Source: a virus
IMG/VR virus record: IMGVR_UViG_3300031963_000013
Strand: one strand, 5' to 3'
Length of the DNA stretch: 64,000 nt
Below, piece by piece: positions 59,403 through 64,000 of the stretch (the stretch's first letter is position 1; each line of letters opens with the position of its first letter). The notes under the pieces are model-generated. The model saw only the letters and a program-made list of their open reading frames with translations. It did no database searches and was not told the DNA's origin. The translations under genes were made by a program, and so were the position numbers.

Positions 59403-59593
59403 GTAAAAGACAAACTGCTGTTGAATGGTTAGTAGATGAGTTATTAGATGGTAAACTTTTAATGCCATCACTAATCGAAGAAGCCAAACAAATGGAGAAG
59501 GATCAAATGAAAATAATGTTCGAGAAGGGAATAAAATTCATGTCTCCACCCCCTGGAAACAGCTATATGGCAATCAAAAACCCAAAGCAATAA
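59399..59593 (+). CDS. Hypothetical protein, modular-array member
   Basis: QTAVEWL + EEAKQMEKDQ. Confidence 0.6.
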   Translation: MSKRQTAVEWLVDELLDGKLLMPSLIEEAKQMEKDQMKIMFEKGIKFMSPPPGNSYMAIKNPKQ

Positions 59594-59595
59594 AA

Positions 59596-59901
59596 ATGAA
59601 ATACACCTACGACATAAGACAGTTCAAATACAACAAAGAGACAAACACCCTGTACGCTGAAGCTTTCAACCTAGAGGCACAGCTGCCCGACGGAAGCACG
59701 CACCAAGACCCGTTCCCAAGCGGTAGGGGACAGTTCTACGTAAAGAACCACGAAACCGGCAACGAGAGAAGGTTCACTTCCCTAAAGGAACAAACGGTCA
59801 AGTACTACGACAACCACGAGGAAGAGGGCTGGACCCAAGAGTTCACGCAGTGGGTGTTCGAGTCCGAGGACGGCATCAAGTGCGTGGTGAACCTTGACTA
59901 A
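59596..59901 (+). CDS. Hypothetical protein
   Basis: 101 aa; strongly C-ending codons. Confidence 0.65.
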   Translation: MKYTYDIRQFKYNKETNTLYAEAFNLEAQLPDGSTHQDPFPSGRGQFYVKNHETGNERRFTSLKEQTVKYYDNHEEEGWTQEFTQWVFESEDGIKCVVNLD

Positions 59902-60174
59902 CCGGCGCAAAAACCGAGGGGTACCCAAGGCAACGGCCGGAAAAACCGAAATCACCAAAGAAACACGGAAGCTGGGGGATAGACACGTAGGGGGAAATAC
60001 TCCCGTCTTCACCATCATCGCCAAAAAAATTGTCCGATATGTTGCTAAGGCAAAAAAAGAGAAGAACCATGAGCACGGGTGCAGCACAGGACGCATATAA
60101 AAATAGCTACCGCAAACACCGCTGTACGAACCAACGATAATTATTTTATCGCAAGTGTGCATATTTATTGTTAG

Positions 60175-60455
60175 AATACACGCACCAGTGTAGCGAAACT
60201 AAGCAGTCACCGTTGACCGTACGGCAGTGAAACAATAACGGCACAAGTCTCACAGAGCTCAGGAACAATAGAGGTTTTAGGTATACCATCGGTAGTAGAC
60301 CAAAGGCAAGCAGGGTGGCAACGAGCGTTGGGGCACAAAAGCACTCTCGGTCCAAGTAATCGAACCCGTCGGTGGACATGGGAATAAAATTTACTTGCTC
60401 GGTGAAGGGGACTCCTGGAATCGGGCACGAGTGGTGTAATGTGGTTACTCGATAG
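60175..60455 (+). ncRNA. Candidate structured non-coding RNA
   Basis: No + strand ORF; TATTTAT at 60162; hairpins at 60177-92, 60207-30, 60280-301, 60396-427, 60428-51. Confidence 0.5.
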
Positions 60456-60497
60456 ATATTCTTTACAGTTTAGGGGGAATTCAGTACATTTACCCTT

Positions 60498-60695
60498 ATG
60501 GTATCGATACACTTCTTATACGTTCTATTTTTTACTCTCAACGTTTTGGTGGTTGCGGGAGGCATCAAGTTCTTGAGCAGCTACACTTGCAACACAGAAA
60601 GGGACATGGACACGGTCGCTTACGTTAAATTCTCGATATGGGTGAACGCCGGACTGGCCGCCCTCTGGTGTGCCCTGGCCTTCCTGGGTAACTGA
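60498..60695 (+). CDS. Small two-TM membrane protein
   Basis: Two hydrophobic segments. Confidence 0.5.
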   Translation: MVSIHFLYVLFFTLNVLVVAGGIKFLSSYTCNTERDMDTVAYVKFSIWVNAGLAALWCALAFLGN

Positions 60696-60759
60696 TTGGT
60701 TTCCAATGGGGTGCAACTCTTTGGTACCCAAGGCGTTGGTGCAACTGATTGGTTCCCAA
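60690..60759. repeat. Three phased 17-bp units, AACTnnTTG-N5-CAA (second array)
   Basis: Units at 60690, 60715 and 60743; same motif and downstream context as 49862-49980. Confidence 0.9.
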
Positions 60760-60843
60760 CAAAGAATTTTAAAAATAGTTACGAAATTATTTCTCCAGCT
60801 CGCAGGAATGTGGTATATTTACCCAGTAACAAATCACTTAAAT

Positions 60844-61227
60844 ATGTCGCATTTCGTATCAACCCAGGCCCAGTTAAGACAGTTAGAGACACGCAACTTA
60901 GTTCGCAAGCACAATTCCGATCCCATCGTATACAAGCGATTCGCCGCATCGAAGGTAAGCGATCACGTTAAGCCTATGACGGTTGTTGAATTCACCGACC
61001 TGTTGGGCCGTAAGCACCGCATCCCTGTACGCAACAAGAAAATGATGCGCGAGGCGCAGGAGTTTTTGGCCATCTTCAAGCGCGAGGTTAGCGATGTGAA
61101 CGCTATCATTAACGAGTACCCGATGTCGTACGGTAAGGTTGCGCCCGAGTTTGCGGCTGATTGCGTTAACGAACTTCTTGCTTACGGCCTTTCTGAGGAA
61201 TTGGTTAAGCGCATCATCGGTTACTAA
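60844..61227 (+). CDS. Hypothetical early protein
   Basis: ATG 60844 follows TATATTTA at 60814; the longer ORF call runs through the repeat array. Confidence 0.7.
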   Translation: MSHFVSTQAQLRQLETRNLVRKHNSDPIVYKRFAASKVSDHVKPMTVVEFTDLLGRKHRIPVRNKKMMREAQEFLAIFKREVSDVNAIINEYPMSYGKVAPEFAADCVNELLAYGLSEELVKRIIGY

Positions 61228-61272
61228 TCTGTACGCCGTTGCTGGCCTGGAAAACACCCAAAACAAACAAAC

Positions 61273-61395
61273 AGTCAGGTGGCGGAATTGGTAGACGCTA
61301 TATCAATAGTAGTGGAGACATAGAGTGGAATCTATGCCGCCCGCCAAAAAGAAAGAACTGATAAACCATTACAGGTTCGATTCCTGTCCTGACCA
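61273..61395 (+). ncRNA. tRNA-like RNA with expanded anticodon arm (not a canonical tRNA)
   Basis: Acceptor GTCAGG/CCTGAC; D-arm GCGGAATTGGTAGACGC; T-arm ACAGG-TTCGATT-CCTGT; ~53-nt insert closed by TATCA/TGATA. Confidence 0.75.
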
Positions 61396-61412
61396 CTAAA
61401 ACAATAAAAGTT

Positions 61413-61760
61413 ATGAAAAAAACAAAACAATCGGTGAGCGGCACAAGCTATCACGGCGATACGGTAAGAGCGACGCTGCTAGACATGTACGCGATACTTG
61501 GACAACCAACCGACAGGAACGGAGACAAAACAACCTACGAATGGCACATGGAGACAGAATCCGGCCACGTATTTACAGTGTACGATTGGAAGGAGTACAG
61601 ACAGTTCGGTCCAAACGAGCGCATAGAGTGGCACATCGGCGGCCACACAGGTGCTGTAACTGCGGAAGCTATGTACAAAATAGCCGATCTGCGTAACGCG
61701 CTTGAGAGAATGTCTTCGGACATGAGAGACCTTGTTTCGGGCCAGATCGAGCTCATCTAA
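61413..61760 (+). CDS. Hypothetical phage protein
   Basis: DKT.YEW...FTVYDWK...WHIGG. Confidence 0.7.
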   Translation: MKKTKQSVSGTSYHGDTVRATLLDMYAILGQPTDRNGDKTTYEWHMETESGHVFTVYDWKEYRQFGPNERIEWHIGGHTGAVTAEAMYKIADLRNALERMSSDMRDLVSGQIELI

Positions 61761-61802
61761 CACAGACACTAATCACTCACATAAACAAAAACAATAAAAG
61801 TT

Positions 61803-62615
61803 ATGAACACAAACAACAATTGGACAAGACAGAACTTAGAAGGCATCTCAATGGAAGTAGCAAAGGATAAAGCACCAGCCATCTTTGCGACCAAGCCCGC
61901 AGATTACATCAACACGAAGCTGTACCACTTCACACCGACAACCGAGATCGTTGACTACATGAAGGATCTGGGTTACGTATTAACAGACGCCAAACAGTCT
62001 AAGACAAAGATCGCACTAAGGAACAACTACGGTACACACATCGTATCCTTCCAGCACCCCGAGATATTCGTTAAGGACAACCAAGGAGGCATAGAAGCAA
62101 GGCCAACCATCGTACTACTCAACAGCCACGACGGATCGAGGCCGATACAATTCGAAATGGGACTCTTCAGACTGGTGTGCAGCAACGGCCTGATGGTGAA
62201 GTCTATGGACATGGGAAGCTTCAAAGAGAGACACACCAAGTACACCTTCCAACAGGTGAAGGACCTCATAGCATCCAAGATAGACACCCTCCCCAAGGTG
62301 GTAGAGAAGATCAACGACTGGAACTCCCTAGAGATGACGCCCAAACAGAGGCACCGCTTTGCCCTCGAGGCCCTGAAGATAAGAGCGGGAGAGGAGAGGG
62401 TGCCCGAAGATTACGAGCTGCACTCCATCCTCGAACCAAAACGCAAGGAGGACAACGGCAACACCCTCTGGAAGACGTTCAACGTTGTACAGGAGAACCT
62501 GATCAAGGGCGGCTTCCAAATGAACAACCGCACCGCCCGCGGCATCACCAACCCCGTACAGGACATGGTGCTGAACAAGGGGCTTTGGCAGTTGGCGGAA
62601 GAGTTCGCTGCTTAA
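61803..62615 (+). CDS. DUF932/DUF945-family protein
   Basis: LLNSHDGS, GLFRLVCSNG, LWKTFNVVQENLIKGG, N..LW. Confidence 0.85.
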   Translation: MNTNNNWTRQNLEGISMEVAKDKAPAIFATKPADYINTKLYHFTPTTEIVDYMKDLGYVLTDAKQSKTKIALRNNYGTHIVSFQHPEIFVKDNQGGIEARPTIVLLNSHDGSRPIQFEMGLFRLVCSNGLMVKSMDMGSFKERHTKYTFQQVKDLIASKIDTLPKVVEKINDWNSLEMTPKQRHRFALEALKIRAGEERVPEDYELHSILEPKRKEDNGNTLWKTFNVVQENLIKGGFQMNNRTARGITNPVQDMVLNKGLWQLAEEFAA

Positions 62616-62915
62616 GTCGGTCGCTAGCGCGGTGCTAAAGGAGTCTAGCGGCTTGTTAGCGCCCCGCCAAAGCGATAATTGTTGTAGACAGGGGCCCTTA
62701 GCGCTGGGGCCCTTGCTTTAAGCCAAATATACCAACAAGGGAATTTTCAAAACCGGCACTTTCATATATACAAAAACATAAGTTATGTATCGCATAGAAT
62801 ATAGAAATTACACATGGGTAGTAGTAGATACTGTTACTGGTGCCGGAATAGTGTGCTTTCCTACACAAATCGCAGCAGTAAATTGGATAAATTCTAAAAA
62901 ACAAAAACAAATAGC

Positions 62916-63131
62916 ATGAACGCAGAAAGCATCAGAAGTTACACAAAGCGGGAGCTTCAAAATCTACCGACTATCGAACAAGCTTGGGACGGTGACGAGT
63001 TAAAGATCGACGACGGAACTGTTAGGGTGTGGTTAACGAATCGCGAGAACAGGCAGTACAACGGAGATTATACGATCGAAGTACTAATGAATGGCCGGTG
63101 GGTACAGAGCAATCAAAATTTTCCAATCTAA
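62916..63131 (+). CDS. Hypothetical protein
   Basis: Leader AAAAACAAATAGCATGA shared with the next gene. Confidence 0.6.
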   Translation: MNAESIRSYTKRELQNLPTIEQAWDGDELKIDDGTVRVWLTNRENRQYNGDYTIEVLMNGRWVQSNQNFPI

Positions 63132-63143
63132 AAAACAAATAGC

Positions 63144-63587
63144 ATGAGCAAAAAATCAAACGAAATCGCGTTCGCAGTAAAATCGAAGTACTTTTCGGTA
63201 TACGAAGCGTACAAAAAGGAATTAGAAAAGATCGGGTACAAGTGGAACCACAATTTCAACCCGTTCCAAGAGCTAATAACAAAAGACAGAACGTGCATAT
63301 ATGTAGGCACAGGCTGGCAGGGTTACTGCGATGCACCGATGATGTCATTCAGCAACCCCGGCCGATGCGCTAGAGTGTACAATTTGGATAGCGAGTTCGA
63401 AGCGGCGGTATCTTACGCTAAGTCAGAGTACGATTGCCACAAGCTTGTGGCAATTGAAAAAGTGATTCTCAACCGCGACTATGTTGTCGAAGTGTACCAC
63501 GATAGGATAGTAGTCTGCGGGGAAACGTTCTATCAACCAGAGGTTACAGCGCTTTTCAGGGCGGCAAAAAACGCAGGCTTAGTGTAA
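63144..63587 (+). CDS. Hypothetical protein
   Basis: 147 aa; shared leader. Confidence 0.65.
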   Translation: MSKKSNEIAFAVKSKYFSVYEAYKKELEKIGYKWNHNFNPFQELITKDRTCIYVGTGWQGYCDAPMMSFSNPGRCARVYNLDSEFEAAVSYAKSEYDCHKLVAIEKVILNRDYVVEVYHDRIVVCGETFYQPEVTALFRAAKNAGLV

Positions 63588-63644
63588 AAAGCCACCGCGG
63601 GCCAGGGGAAATTTTCTAAACAAAGCAAAATCGTATATTCAAGT

Positions 63645-63818
63645 ATGGACAAACAATCAAGCACACTCGTAAAAGGCCTGCTGGCCGTAGCGAAAGAGTA
63701 CATCGAGTACCGGTACAAGAAAGAAGTGATATCGCTCGAACTCGAAGACGGCAGCGGCAGAAAGTTTATAGTGGTTACCAAGGACCAGCCACTGAAAAGA
63801 CAGTTCATTCGACTCTAA
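63645..63818 (+). CDS. 57-aa hypothetical protein (not in ORF track), possibly leaderless
   Basis: MDKQSST...ELEDGSGRKF; TATATTCA at 63634 immediately before the ATG. Confidence 0.55.
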   Translation: MDKQSSTLVKGLLAVAKEYIEYRYKKEVISLELEDGSGRKFIVVTKDQPLKRQFIRL

Positions 63819-63869
63819 AAAACCACCCAGACAACCAAATAATAAGTAAATTTAAACAAAATCAAAGTT

Positions 63870-64000
63870 ATGTACACAAACATTCAACAAGCGATCGCAG
63901 CGGTAGAGTCTGCGTATCCGTCTATTTTCACAAAACAGGACGTTATCAAGCTGTTAAACAACATCGACATCAAAGACGAGGAACCCATAGCGGTAAACGT
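63870..64000 (+). CDS. Hypothetical protein, 3'-truncated
   Basis: AAAATCAAAGTTATG leader; frame open to the window end. Confidence 0.55.
   Translation, partial: MYTNIQQAIAAVESAYPSIFTKQDVIKLLNNIDIKDEEPIAVN

Noticed and set aside
56454-59593. Diversity-generating retroelement or integron as the cause of the modular array
   Set aside because: No reverse transcriptase, integrase, attC-like palindromes or adenine-specific TR/VR pair in the window.
59894-60100. 68-aa TTG-start ORF
   Set aside because: No typical leader and low-complexity basic sequence; more likely non-coding.
61273-61395. Canonical tRNA-Leu
   Set aside because: No 7-nt anticodon loop can be formed; reported as tRNA-like instead.

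Overview
A 64 kb segment of a large tailed dsDNA phage (jumbo/T4-scale). Essentially all credible genes are on the + strand and use the standard genetic code. The host is probably Bacteroidota, inferred from A-rich SD-less leaders ending in AAGTTATG, TAnnTTT-type promoter boxes, DUF4494- and DUF5522-like genes, a TonB receptor/lipoprotein pair and Gln-after-signal-peptide proteins. Layout: virion protein with a C-terminal cell-wall hydrolase (1-4.5 kb); replication core with two family-A polymerases, SSB, RecA/UvsX, 5' nuclease, DnaB helicase and class II RNR (4.5-15.8 kb); TonB receptor plus lipoprotein (15.9-19.4 kb); an ART-like insert and Hsp20/GroES/GroEL (19.4-22.8 kb); a nucleotide-metabolism block (22.9-30 kb); an ~18 kb glycosylation and branched-sugar cluster (30.3-47.9 kb); and small accessory/early genes (48-64 kb). 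Best leads: (1) a dCMP-type (Asp-signature) thymidylate-synthase homolog clustered with a PLP enzyme and NTP pyrophosphatases, suggesting an undescribed cytosine hypermodification pathway; (2) an array of short genes built from shared, shuffled DNA modules; (3) a tRNA-shaped RNA with a greatly expanded anticodon arm, plus a second late-promoter-driven structured RNA candidate; (4) a duplicated hsp20 leader with 5'-3' long-range pairing; (5) two phased palindromic operator arrays of the same architecture. All family assignments come from motif recognition by eye; no database searches were run.
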